Shown: positions 52,585 through 62,199 of the stretch, piece by piece
Layout: the number at the start of each line of letters is the position of its first letter
Position numbering within the stretch: the stretch's first letter is position 1
DNA from: Obrimoposthia wandeli
Lineage: Eukaryota
Length of the DNA stretch: 64,000 nucleotides
Assembly: GCA_977020255.1 (NCBI GenBank)
Contig: CDROCS010004705.1
Span: forward strand, 62,001 to 126,000
Reading direction: 5' to 3'
Position numbers and translations under genes: made by a program
The notes under the pieces: generated by a model
What the model saw: only the letters and a program-made list of their open reading frames with translations
Database searches by the model: none
Told to the model about the DNA's origin: nothing

Positions 52585-53526
52585 TTAGAAATCTTGCGGC
52601 TCTTTGTTTTCAATAATGGTGACAGCAGGGCGCTCTTGCTCGTTAACGGTCAATTTAAATACATCTGGACGAGAGTAGTGTCCGGCTGGGTCCATGTCAT
52701 AGCGTGCTTTTACAATATCATCTAAATCGATTTTGGCAGAGATTAAACCTTCTTCGTTATACAGCGGGCCAGCAATCACTTCACCCATAGGTGACATAAT
52801 AACGCTGCCTCCTCTAATTAACGGTTTATCTTTTGGCCAAGCTTCGTCTTTACAATTTTCAGTCGTGGGTGGCGCTTGGTATTGGCAGGCGCTGACTAAG
52901 AAGTTTCGACCCTCATATGCAATGTGTTGCATGCTTGCTTGCCATATATCTCGATCATCAACGGTAGGTGCGCACCATATTTCCATGCCTTTGGCATACA
53001 TTGCTGTTCGTAATAACGGCATATAATTTTCCCAGCAAATAGCTGCGCCTATTCTACCTGCAGATGTTTCAACGATAGGGATGGTCGACCCATCTCCTTG
53101 CCCCCAAATAAGCCGCTCACTAGCGGTGGGCATCAACTTACGGTGTTTGGCGACTACACCCGCTTGTGTAATAAGTAGAGCGGTACAATACAATGTGGTA
53201 ACACCGCGTTCAATAATACCGATAACGATTGAGGTGCTACATTCTTTTGCCAATTGCGCTAGTGCAAGTACTTCTTTGCCATCAATATCAACCGCTTGTT
53301 GCCAGTAGTGCAAAAAATCTTCGCGCCCTTTATCTGTTCTGTAACCAACACGCGTGCCAAAATCAGCACCTTTAGGATAGCCACCTAATAAGGCTTCTGG
53401 CATCACTAATAAATCACAATTAGATTGTTTGATACGCTCTTTATAGCTCAAAATTTTATCTAAAGTGGCTGCTGTGCCTTGAGTAGATGAGCCTAGCTGT
53501 AATGCGGCTATAATTTTTTTTCTCAT
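52585..53526 (-). CDS. Nitrilase (carbon-nitrogen hydrolase, class 1)
   Basis: Catalytic triad motifs PEALLGGYP, KHRKLMPT, AICWENYMP; DPAGHYSRPDVF. Confidence 0.9.
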   Translation of the reverse strand: MRKKIIAALQLGSSTQGTAATLDKILSYKERIKQSNCDLLVMPEALLGGYPKGADFGTRVGYRTDKGREDFLHYWQQAVDIDGKEVLALAQLAKECSTSIVIGIIERGVTTLYCTALLITQAGVVAKHRKLMPTASERLIWGQGDGSTIPIVETSAGRIGAAICWENYMPLLRTAMYAKGMEIWCAPTVDDRDIWQASMQHIAYEGRNFLVSACQYQAPPTTENCKDEAWPKDKPLIRGGSVIMSPMGEVIAGPLYNEEGLISAKIDLDDIVKARYDMDPAGHYSRPDVFKLTVNEQERPAVTIIENKEPQDF

Positions 53527-53599
53527 TGAAAATTCTCAACTCAGTTAGTTTTTTATAAAATAACAGGATAACAGCTTAAGAGCTTAACTTTTTCATGGG

Positions 53600-54379
53600 T
53601 TAGGTGCATGCCCATGCTATTGCTAGTTTATCTTGATGTTGTTCGCACTGTGTGACATGTGAGCAGCCAACATCACCGAACATATAAGGTAAATTATCTT
53701 CTGAATCTATTTGAAAAATCAGCTTCATGGGTTTTTGACACTCAGGGCAATCAGGGTATTCAACACCTTGGATCCAATTTGGCCAGCCCAGTAGTTTATC
53801 TGCAGCTTGCGGATAACCTTGTTCACATAGCAGTTCGTTCTGCTCAAATGAAATAGCGCTACCGAGACTTTCTAGCTCTTCCCAACCTGGATAATCATCT
53901 TTTTCTTGCCAGCCTATAATCTCTTTCTCAGGAAAAGCGTTTTTTACAGGGCTGCTTTTAGGAGAGCATATAATATCAGAGGAATAATTTACAATTCTAA
54001 TTAAAGTGCTTTTAGCGAAGGGGAGGTAAGCTTCGCAATCTATGTCACATTCCTTCTCGGAGTTTGTGCAATAAAAGACTTGAAGCAAACCCTCTGTAAA
54101 GGTGCTTTTGTCTGATTGTGGGAGATCTTCAGAGTTTAATTGCAAAAATAACTGCATCGGTTCGTTACAGTTATTACAACAAGGCCAGCTTTCATCTTTT
54201 GATAAAGCGGGAACACCCGAAAATTTTGATGCAGTAGGCTTTGATGTTCTTTGTATCACTTTCGCAAACCATGCTGGTCGTTTAAACGGTTCCAACAGGG
54301 CTTTAAGCTCATCCCAATCTACTGGCGGAGGTTGTTTATCTTCTTTCTTTTTTTTGAAAAAGTTGAAAATATTAATCAT
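53600..54379 (-). CDS. DUF1963/YwqG family protein
   Basis: SKFSG.P, WPCC..C.EPMQLFLQ and KLLGWPNWIQ..EYP.C..C...LIFQIDS...FGDVG repeated halves. Confidence 0.8.
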   Translation of the reverse strand: MINIFNFFKKKKEDKQPPPVDWDELKALLEPFKRPAWFAKVIQRTSKPTASKFSGVPALSKDESWPCCNNCNEPMQLFLQLNSEDLPQSDKSTFTEGLLQVFYCTNSEKECDIDCEAYLPFAKSTLIRIVNYSSDIICSPKSSPVKNAFPEKEIIGWQEKDDYPGWEELESLGSAISFEQNELLCEQGYPQAADKLLGWPNWIQGVEYPDCPECQKPMKLIFQIDSEDNLPYMFGDVGCSHVTQCEQHQDKLAIAWACT

Positions 54380-54500
54380 TCTTTAATTTCCATTTTAAAG
54401 TTAACAGTCAAAGCAGCGATGGTGAAATACTCTAGCGCTAAAGAGCGGCTTTTGTTTATGTTAAGTATGGGTAGGTTTTACTTTTAGCCGCGTGCCTTTG

Positions 54501-54833
54501 CTATGCGTTTTTAGGTGCAAACATAATGATTGCCATACCAAGCAATGCAACAGAGGCTCCGACAAAGTCCCACATAGACGGCTTAACGCCATCCACTAAC
54601 CAGAGCCATAATACAGCTACAAAGATATAGACACCGCCATATGCAGCATAAACACGGCCAGTTGCAGTAGGGTGGAGTGTGAGTAACCAGGCAAATAAGG
54701 CGAGGCTAAAAGCCGCTGGAATTAGCAGCAATATGCTCTTATCTTGCTTAAGCCAAAGATAGGGTAAGTAACACCCAACAATCTCCGCTATAGCTGTCAT
54801 AAAAAAAAGAGCAATTGTTTTAGATTCAACCAT
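54501..54833 (-). CDS. ynfA: YnfA/UPF0060 family small membrane protein
   Basis: [36 protein letters not shown]. Confidence 0.92.
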   Translation of the reverse strand: MVESKTIALFFMTAIAEIVGCYLPYLWLKQDKSILLLIPAAFSLALFAWLLTLHPTATGRVYAAYGGVYIFVAVLWLWLVDGVKPSMWDFVGASVALLGMAIIMFAPKNA

Positions 54834-54913
54834 GAAATTCCTCGTACATTAAAGAATGTATAACATATGCGGCTTGCGAATCGGCGTTTTTCAAGGGAAT
54901 AGAGCTTACGTAT

Positions 54914-55288
54914 TTAATCTCCTCCTCCGCCACCATCAGAGCCGCCGCTAGAGTTAAAATTGCTATCTTGTCGCCTACTGATTGCTAGGTCAATTCCTGG
55001 ATCACTATTAGTATCTCTATTTTTATTAATAGATTTGTTTTTTCCGAAAACTAATGACTTGAGAGGCCAAGGAACTAGCCCTTGAGGAATAGCCTCTGGG
55101 GAATGCTGATTTACTAAGTTAAGAACGAGTAACGCCCCTAATAAAGGCACCATTAATATGAGTACTATTTGAGCCTTTTTCTGGAAAGAGTCAAGAGTGC
55201 TATCATGCTGCACAGCAACTATTGCTAGAACATCTAACCAGACAAAAATTAACAATATAACGATTAGTAATATGATTACTAGCTCCAT
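54914..55288 (-). CDS. Hypothetical membrane protein with Gly/Ser/Asp tail
   Basis: AGGAG RBS; two TMs (PLD_N-like pattern); C-terminus SSGGSDGGGGGD. Confidence 0.65.
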   Translation of the reverse strand: MELVIILLIVILLIFVWLDVLAIVAVQHDSTLDSFQKKAQIVLILMVPLLGALLVLNLVNQHSPEAIPQGLVPWPLKSLVFGKNKSINKNRDTNSDPGIDLAISRRQDSNFNSSGGSDGGGGGD

Positions 55289-55385
55289 AGTGTGCTCCTA
55301 GCTTTAATTTCTGATGTGGGGAGGGCAGGTCTCTCTTCTAGCTTCAAAGTTAAAAAGAAGAGTTTGTCTAAAAATTCCCGCTTTG

Positions 55386-55745
55386 TCATACATTTGTAAA
55401 CAGCCCTATAATGCCAATAATGTTTAGGACCCAACGTACCGCTTTGAACGAAAATGATAGGATAATTGCTACAAAAAACCAACTTAGAGAATAGTTGTAT
55501 TCAAATATTGCTAGCACGATCACACCGATGAGCGCGAAGAGAATACAGCCTATTTGAAACTGCTTAATTGAATAGACTTCAGTTACACTTTTTCTTCGCG
55601 TAAAAGCCAATGTGATTGAAGCACCAATCATGGGTAACCATACTCCAATTGTATAGAGGCCACCTATTAACAGAAGTAAGGCAATGAACAACATAACAAA
55701 AGATAGAAACTTGGGTCGTATTTCTTGATTTATACTTGGTTTCAT
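55386..55745 (-). CDS. Hypothetical 4-TM membrane protein
   Basis: 119-aa hydrophobic ORF co-oriented with its neighbours. Confidence 0.6.
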   Translation of the reverse strand: MKPSINQEIRPKFLSFVMLFIALLLLIGGLYTIGVWLPMIGASITLAFTRRKSVTEVYSIKQFQIGCILFALIGVIVLAIFEYNYSLSWFFVAIILSFSFKAVRWVLNIIGIIGLFTNV

Positions 55746-55796
55746 ATAGCTGAAGAACCTTTTAAGCTTCAGTGTGAAATGTATGATAGGTTGAAA

Positions 55797-56099
55797 TTAG
55801 TCACCTGCAAAAATAATTTCCTTATTGAATTGAACCGCTAAACTAAAGAAACTAGCTAATCTAAGTATAAGCATTTTCATTGAAGTGTTTGACTGCAAAT
55901 TTAGTGAGTTTAATTTAAGTAACTCATGCACAAGTTCATTGGCTTCTATAGATGAGAAACTTATATCGCCATAAAAATTATCTATTATTTTTACTAATGT
56001 CGGATAGTCATTTCCAGTGCTAGAGATCATAGATAATATGTACTCTTCGTGATTATCGATTGAATCATGCTTATCGCCAATGTTCATATCGAATGCCAT
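55797..56099 (-). CDS. Hypothetical protein
   Basis: 100-aa ORF with AGGAG RBS at 56106-56110. Confidence 0.65.
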   Translation of the reverse strand: MAFDMNIGDKHDSIDNHEEYILSMISSTGNDYPTLVKIIDNFYGDISFSSIEANELVHELLKLNSLNLQSNTSMKMLILRLASFFSLAVQFNKEIIFAGD

Positions 56100-56254
56100 A
56101 AATACTCCTGATTACGAAGCCTCGGTTTATCTAGCAATTTTTTATAAATATTGTAATAAAACGAAAATTGGTTATTCACATAATACTAGCAGTACGTATT
56201 GTTGAAGCCCAGCGCCTCTCATCTAAGCTTGGGTGCTCTCGCGCTTATTGCTAC

Positions 56255-57061
56255 TTAAGCGATAGTTAGATTCATGGTGCTAAGCAAAGTGCTTTCTTTA
56301 TCTGTGATTTTAACGGTGTTGAGTTCGCCGATAAAATCTGGATCTTCAGCATTAAGCAGGCGCGGTGTATTACGCGGTGCTGAATAAAGTGGTTGCTCAA
56401 GAACACGGCTGTTAATACTCTCAGGAAACAGCACCTGACTGGTCAGATAAACCGTGTTTTCTACATGAACCTTAAAATGTATATGGATGGCGCGACCTGC
56501 ATAGAACCCAGGGTAAATGGTATCAAACTCAACAATGCCTTCGGCGTCAGTTGCAAGTGTGCCGCGTAGCTCGCGTGTAGGTATCGTAATATCGACTTTG
56601 CCTCCACGATACTCTTCATCTGGATCTGCTTGAAAACCCGAGTAAACACCCGCTGCATTACACCCCCATATATCCACAATAGCTGCGGACACGGGTGCGC
56701 AATTTTCATCTAACACACGCAAGGCGAAAGTCAGGGGTTGGCCTGCAAAACCGCCAGTAATGTCTTTGCCAGTGTTGGCGTTTGCACAAATAAAATAAGG
56801 GCCTTCAACGGAAGCTCCGGTTAGTTTACAGGTATTGGCTGTCTCAAAATCAGCGAGTGTAGATGTACGATCAGAGAGTAACGAAACAGGTACTCCTGCA
56901 TTGTCACATGTGATTCCTTCTTTGCGAGTTTTGGATAGAAGAGGCCTATCTTGATCTCCCACAGTTGCGGCATTTGCAAAAAGAAAGTTCGAAGCCCCCA
57001 AAATAAGTGCTGAACTAGCGCCGCCAATGAGAATGTTTCGACGTGTAATAAATTTATTCAT
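56255..57061 (-). CDS. Intradiol ring-cleavage dioxygenase-like protein with Tat signal
   Basis: TRRNILIG twin-arginine leader; EGPYF, VDIW.CNA.GVYS, LRG...TD.EG.VEF.TIYPG.Y.GRAIHIH. Confidence 0.85.
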   Translation of the reverse strand: MNKFITRRNILIGGASSALILGASNFLFANAATVGDQDRPLLSKTRKEGITCDNAGVPVSLLSDRTSTLADFETANTCKLTGASVEGPYFICANANTGKDITGGFAGQPLTFALRVLDENCAPVSAAIVDIWGCNAAGVYSGFQADPDEEYRGGKVDITIPTRELRGTLATDAEGIVEFDTIYPGFYAGRAIHIHFKVHVENTVYLTSQVLFPESINSRVLEQPLYSAPRNTPRLLNAEDPDFIGELNTVKITDKESTLLSTMNLTIA

Positions 57062-57498
57062 TGTGCTTCCATTTCCTTGTAGCGTAATTAGAATTTAACA
57101 GTTGGCTTATTAAACCAACAAAGTATCTATTTAAACATGGGCTTATTTAAACATGTATTTTGTGTCTCTGCCAAGCCCTGTTCATTTCTAGTTAATCTAT
57201 ATTGATTTATGGAATCAATCTCCTAGAAGCGCTAGTGATTTTTTTGTATTGCTGCTATTAAAAACTGTGCGTTTATTTAGTTAATAGAGCAATTATTTCT
57301 CAAAAAGAAGCCATTAACGGGTAAGTAATCATCGATAGTTTAATTTTAAATCAAAAGTTTATGTTGTTCAGAATGTTCATTCTGTAATATAAAACGGCAA
57401 TTGATGAAGATTAATATTTCTTAAAATTGTTACTCATGAGGGTCAATACTTAGTTGGCTGTTTTTTGTACGTTCAAGATTGGGAATATAGAGGCAAAT

Positions 57499-59145
57499 AT
57501 GAGTTCTAAAAAGATAACTAAGATCAGTAGCAAGCTAGCGGCTGGCTTTTCACTGATATTACTAATGATGTTAATTTTAACGGTCATAGGTATTAATAAA
57601 GTAAATTTCATTGACGCTACATTAACTGAAATAACCGATGTTAACTCGGTAAAACAACGTTATGCGATTAACTTCAGAGGCAGTGTGCATGATAGGGGAA
57701 TCGCTATACGTGATGTAGTGCTTGCCAGATCGACTACAGAATTAGATGATTTAGTAAATTTGATAGATGAGTTAGATAGTTTTTATCAAATGTCGGCCAA
57801 AGACATGGATGAGATTTTGTCTTCTTCGATGCATATGAGTGCTAACGAAAGTCGCATTATTAAGAATATTAAACAAATAGAGCGCGATACATTACCGCTC
57901 ATTAAGCAGATTATTGAACACAAGCGCGCTCAAGAGATTGATCAAGCAACCGCTGTATTGTTAACTCAAGCTAGGCAAAAAATTATAGATTGGTTAGGCG
58001 CTATCAACCAGTTTATTGATTATGAGGAAGCGGCCAATCAAAAAGCGACACCACTGGCCAGAGAAGTGGCAAGTAGTTTTCAATGGTGGATGATATCGCT
58101 ATTGTCGGTCGCTGTGTTTTTGGGATTGATCATCGCTTTCTTGATAGGGCGTAGTATTAAAATGGCCATTGGCGGTGAGCCTGCCTCAGCTTCTGCCATT
58201 GTTGCTAGTATTTCTAAAGGCGATTTAAGTGAGCGCATTGAAGTCAGTAATGAGCAGAGCATGATGCATTCGGTTTCAGTGATGCAAGCTAAGCTTAAAG
58301 AGACAGTGACCGGGATTATGAATGCCTCTTCACAGCTTTATGAGCAAGCAAGTACGGTAGCTTCAGGATCAAAAAGTGCACTCGATGCTGCGCAACAGCA
58401 AAGTGAAGTAACAGAAAAAGCGGCGCAAAATTTAATACAGATGAATGAAAGTCTTAATGAAATTGTTGAGAAAGTGCACCAAACAGATGAAAACTCGACT
58501 TTAACCTTTGAGTTGTCGCAAAAAGGGCGTGCAGCGGTACTTGAAGTAGCGACAGAAATTGAAAAGATTTCTAGCACTGTTAAAGCCACAGTGCAGCAAG
58601 TTAATACTTTACAAGAAAGAGTATCTGCCATCGGTAATATTGCGAATGTAATTCGTGGAATATCAGAGCAAACCAATCTACTTGCGTTAAATGCAGCCAT
58701 TGAAGCGGCGAGAGCAGGTGAGTCTGGACGCGGCTTTGCGGTCGTTGCTGATGAAGTGAGGCAGTTGGCGCAGCGCACCGGTACTGCCACCGGTGAAATT
58801 GAAACGATGATTAACCAGGTACAAGAAAATACTCAAGAAACAGTCACAGCGATGCAAACGACTGTGCCACAAGTGGATAGTGGCTTAGCTTTAACACAAG
58901 AGGCGAGTGGTTTATTGGAGAATATTCAACATCATGCTGAAGATTCTTTGTTGAAGATAAAAGAAGTAGTTGAGGCTACTAATGCACAAGTAGACACTAT
59001 TGCGAGTGTTAACAAGAGTGTTGAAGAGATATCGAGTATGTCGCAATATACCGGCGTCACTTTACAAGATAATTCTAATGCAGCTTGTGCTCTAGAAAAA
59101 TTGTCTACCCAGTTAAAAGATCAAGTTAGCTACTTTAAATTATAA
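57499..59145 (+). CDS. Methyl-accepting chemotaxis protein (4HB_MCP sensor)
   Basis: [15 protein letters not shown] 4HB pattern, [35 protein letters not shown]. Start ATG 57499 behind GAGG. Confidence 0.93.
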   Translation: MSSKKITKISSKLAAGFSLILLMMLILTVIGINKVNFIDATLTEITDVNSVKQRYAINFRGSVHDRGIAIRDVVLARSTTELDDLVNLIDELDSFYQMSAKDMDEILSSSMHMSANESRIIKNIKQIERDTLPLIKQIIEHKRAQEIDQATAVLLTQARQKIIDWLGAINQFIDYEEAANQKATPLAREVASSFQWWMISLLSVAVFLGLIIAFLIGRSIKMAIGGEPASASAIVASISKGDLSERIEVSNEQSMMHSVSVMQAKLKETVTGIMNASSQLYEQASTVASGSKSALDAAQQQSEVTEKAAQNLIQMNESLNEIVEKVHQTDENSTLTFELSQKGRAAVLEVATEIEKISSTVKATVQQVNTLQERVSAIGNIANVIRGISEQTNLLALNAAIEAARAGESGRGFAVVADEVRQLAQRTGTATGEIETMINQVQENTQETVTAMQTTVPQVDSGLALTQEASGLLENIQHHAEDSLLKIKEVVEATNAQVDTIASVNKSVEEISSMSQYTGVTLQDNSNAACALEKLSTQLKDQVSYFKL

Positions 59146-59168
59146 TTTTAAAGGGTGCTTAGCTTTTT

Positions 59169-59195
59169 AAACACTGCCGCTAAGCGGTAGTGTTT
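59169..59195 (+). terminator. Hairpin downstream of the MCP gene
   Basis: AAACACTGCCGC-TAA-GCGGTAGTGTTT. Confidence 0.65.
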
Positions 59196-59563
59196 ATGTC
59201 AAACCTCTAAAATGTAATGCGCTGTCATCAGAAGATTTCAAGCTAGCGCTTCTTTTTTCCTTGCCCTTATCCTTTTCCATATCTTATACCTTTGGCTTTA
59301 GCCTTATTCTTTTTCGTTAATACACACTCCTTTTTAAGCAGTATTTTAGTGCTTTCACTGCAAAGTGATTTGTATCTAATCTGTTGTGCGAGGTGCCTTA
59401 TTGCGTTTTATAGACTTAATCGCCTGCCTAAAAAATACCATAAACGTAATAGAGCGTTGCGTTTTTGAGAACAATAAAGGGAATCCGTTTCATATATTTG
59501 TGCAGCTTTGCGTTTTAGTCTTAAGAAAATTGATAGCGCGTACTTCTAATAAAGGTAATAACA

Positions 59564-60463
59564 ATGACTCAAAACACAGCAGCTAAGAAAATCGGCATTA
59601 TTGGCCTAGGCAATATGGGCAATGCGATGGCGCAAACGCTGATTCGCGAAGGGTTTAGCGTAGTGGGTACTGATTTAGGCGAGCAGCAACGTGCAGCAGC
59701 AACGGCTATTGGTGTGGAAGTGGTTGAGAGTATTCAAGCGCTTTGTGCACAATGCCAAGATATTCTTTTATCGCTACCTGCGGCTAAGCACGTACAAGCA
59801 GTGGTTAAAGGTGATGCACAAGGTATAGGCGGCTTAATGGAGCATGCCAGAGCAAACACTTTAGTGGTTGATACCAGTACCTCTGAGCCAAATGTAACGC
59901 GTGAGCTTGCAAAACTATTGCATCTTAATGGCCATCAAATGCTTGATTGCCCGCTAAGCGGCGGGCCTGCGGGCGCGGCTGCTGGCTCTATGGTGATAGT
60001 CGCTGGTGGTGAAAAGCGCGCATTAGACAGGGCTATGCCTTTTTTGGATGTCTTGAGCAGCAAAGTGGTGCACTTAGGTGAATCTGGTAACGGGCACGTT
60101 GCTAAGCTTATCAATAACTTACTGTGCGCTGCGCATTTAGTGACTACCGCTGAGGCTGTGGCATTAGGTAAAAAAGCGGGGCTTGACCCTGCTAAATTAA
60201 TAGAGGGGCTTAATGCCGGTTCAGGGCGCAGTGCTATTAGTGAAGTTAATTTTCCGCGCTGGATTTTAAATGAAGGGTTTGACTCAGGATTCACCATGGC
60301 ATTAATGCGTAAAGATGTGCGCTTAGCTCAGCAATTAATTACCGATATGGACATGAATACCAACCTGGCTATGAGCGAAAAGACAGCCGCTATTTGGGCG
60401 GCAAGTGAAAGCACGATGCCAGGTGAAGATGATTTCAATTGTATCGTAAAAAATCATCTGTAA
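59564..60463 (+). CDS. NAD(P)-dependent beta-hydroxyacid dehydrogenase (3-hydroxyisobutyrate DH family)
   Basis: IGIIGLGNMG, DTSTS, DCPLSGG..GA..G, catalytic KLINN. Confidence 0.9.
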   Translation: MTQNTAAKKIGIIGLGNMGNAMAQTLIREGFSVVGTDLGEQQRAAATAIGVEVVESIQALCAQCQDILLSLPAAKHVQAVVKGDAQGIGGLMEHARANTLVVDTSTSEPNVTRELAKLLHLNGHQMLDCPLSGGPAGAAAGSMVIVAGGEKRALDRAMPFLDVLSSKVVHLGESGNGHVAKLINNLLCAAHLVTTAEAVALGKKAGLDPAKLIEGLNAGSGRSAISEVNFPRWILNEGFDSGFTMALMRKDVRLAQQLITDMDMNTNLAMSEKTAAIWAASESTMPGEDDFNCIVKNHL

Positions 60464-60529
60464 ATCTAAGCTTTGTAGTAACACTCATTTTAAACCAGCG
60501 ACACCTGCGTAATTAACAGCGAGTAAAAT

Positions 60530-62068
60530 ATGACATTTACAGTAGAGAATAACGGTGAAAACCAAGTATCAGCCTTATTAATTTCATTGCTAGGCACTGA
60601 TCAGTTCGGCAGTTGGATTAATGGTGAGCTTGTGGCTGGCACGGGTGAAAATATTGATTTAGTGAACTCAGCCACCGGTAAAGTGTTTATGCAATACCAA
60701 GATGCGGGTGATAGCAATGTAGATGATGCAGCACAAGCTGCTGTTATGGCGCAGCGCCAGTGGTGGGCAATGAGTGCGGCGGCGCGTGGGCGCACTATGT
60801 ATCATTGTGGCATAAAAATCCGTGAAGGGGCTGAAGAGCTCGCAAGGCTTGAATCAATTTCTGCCGGTAAACCCGTACGAGATTGTCGTGTGGAAGTGGC
60901 TAAAGTAGCAGAGATGTTTGAATACTATGCTGGCTGGTGCGATAAAATGACCGGTCAGGTGATACCTGTGCCTACCAGTCATCTAAATTACACACGCCAC
61001 GAGCCTCACGGTGTCGTGGTGCAAATCACACCTTGGAATGCTCCTATCTTTACTGGTGGCTGGCAGATAGCACCGGCTATTTGTGCGGGCAATGCGGTGT
61101 TGCTAAAGCCTTCTGAATTAACCCCTTTAAGCACCACTGTTTTGGCTAAGTTGTTAGAAGATGCTGGTATTCCTAAAGGGCTTGTAAATATTATTAATGG
61201 CCTTGGTCAAACGACAGGTACCGCGGCTATTGCTAATAAAGCCTGTAAAAAGGTCATTTTTGTAGGCTCTCCTAAAACGGGTAGCATCATTGCGGGCGCA
61301 GCTGCAAAGCGGGTCATCCCCTGTGTATTAGAGCTTGGTGGTAAGTCTGCCAATATCGTGTTTGATGATGCTGATTTAGATCGAGCAGTGGTGGGTGCAC
61401 AAGCCGCCATTTTTGCAGCAGCAGGGCAAAGCTGTGTTTCAGGATCAAGATTATTAGTGCACAAAAATGTTTATAGCCAAGTGGTTGAAAGGCTGGCATC
61501 AGCGACTGACAAGATAGCGGTGAATTTACCTTGGTTAGAAGATACGATGGTGGGGCCGGTTAATAACATTAATCAGTTCAATCATATTAAAGCATTGGTC
61601 GCGCAAGGCGTGGCGCAAGGTGCGAGTGTGGCAGCGGGTGGTGGTGTTGCTCAAGTAGCAGGGGGTGAAGGGGGTTATTTTTATAAGCCGACGGTTCTTG
61701 CGAATGTAGCTAATTGCATGAGTGTGGCACAAGAAGAAATTTTTGGCCCTGTGGTATCTGTTATATCTTTTGATGATGAAGAGCACGCTGTTGAACTGGC
61801 TAATGATAGCCGTTTTGGTTTAGCAGGTGCGGTGTGGACTGCAAATGTTGGGCGTGCTCATCGTATGGCTGCGCAAGTAAATGCCGGTACTTTTTGGGTG
61901 AATAGTTATAAAGCAATCAATGTTATGTCACCGTTTGGCGGCTTTGGTGAAAGTGGTTATGGGCGCTCAAGTGGCTATGAAGGGCTACTTGAGTATACTC
62001 AAACTAAAAGCGTTTGGATTGAGACAGCACAAGATGCGCCCATTCAATTTGGTTACAGTGTCGAGTAA
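60530..62068 (+). CDS. Aldehyde dehydrogenase family protein
   Basis: ITPWN.P, LKPSELTP, LELGGKS, GQSCVSG, EEIFGPV, PFGG...SGYGR. Confidence 0.93.
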   Translation: MTFTVENNGENQVSALLISLLGTDQFGSWINGELVAGTGENIDLVNSATGKVFMQYQDAGDSNVDDAAQAAVMAQRQWWAMSAAARGRTMYHCGIKIREGAEELARLESISAGKPVRDCRVEVAKVAEMFEYYAGWCDKMTGQVIPVPTSHLNYTRHEPHGVVVQITPWNAPIFTGGWQIAPAICAGNAVLLKPSELTPLSTTVLAKLLEDAGIPKGLVNIINGLGQTTGTAAIANKACKKVIFVGSPKTGSIIAGAAAKRVIPCVLELGGKSANIVFDDADLDRAVVGAQAAIFAAAGQSCVSGSRLLVHKNVYSQVVERLASATDKIAVNLPWLEDTMVGPVNNINQFNHIKALVAQGVAQGASVAAGGGVAQVAGGEGGYFYKPTVLANVANCMSVAQEEIFGPVVSVISFDDEEHAVELANDSRFGLAGAVWTANVGRAHRMAAQVNAGTFWVNSYKAINVMSPFGGFGESGYGRSSGYEGLLEYTQTKSVWIETAQDAPIQFGYSVE

Positions 62069-62162
62069 AAAATTGAGTAAAGAGCCGAATAAAAAGTTGA
62101 GTAAAGAGTCGAAAAAAGAGTCGAAAAAAGAGTTGAGTAAAGGCTTGAGTAAAAAGTTGAGT
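62063..62162 (+). repeat. 12-bp-period minisatellite (8 units plus a partial), consensus GAGTAAARAGTY
   Basis: GAGTAAAAAATT/GAGTAAAGAGCC/GAATAAAAAGTT/GAGTAAAGAGTC/GAAAAAAGAGTC/GAAAAAAGAGTT/GAGTAAAGGCTT/GAGTAAAAAGTT/GAGT. Confidence 0.9.
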
Positions 62163-62199
62163 GTTGCTGCGCAAAGAGCACAACAGAAGGTGATTAAAT

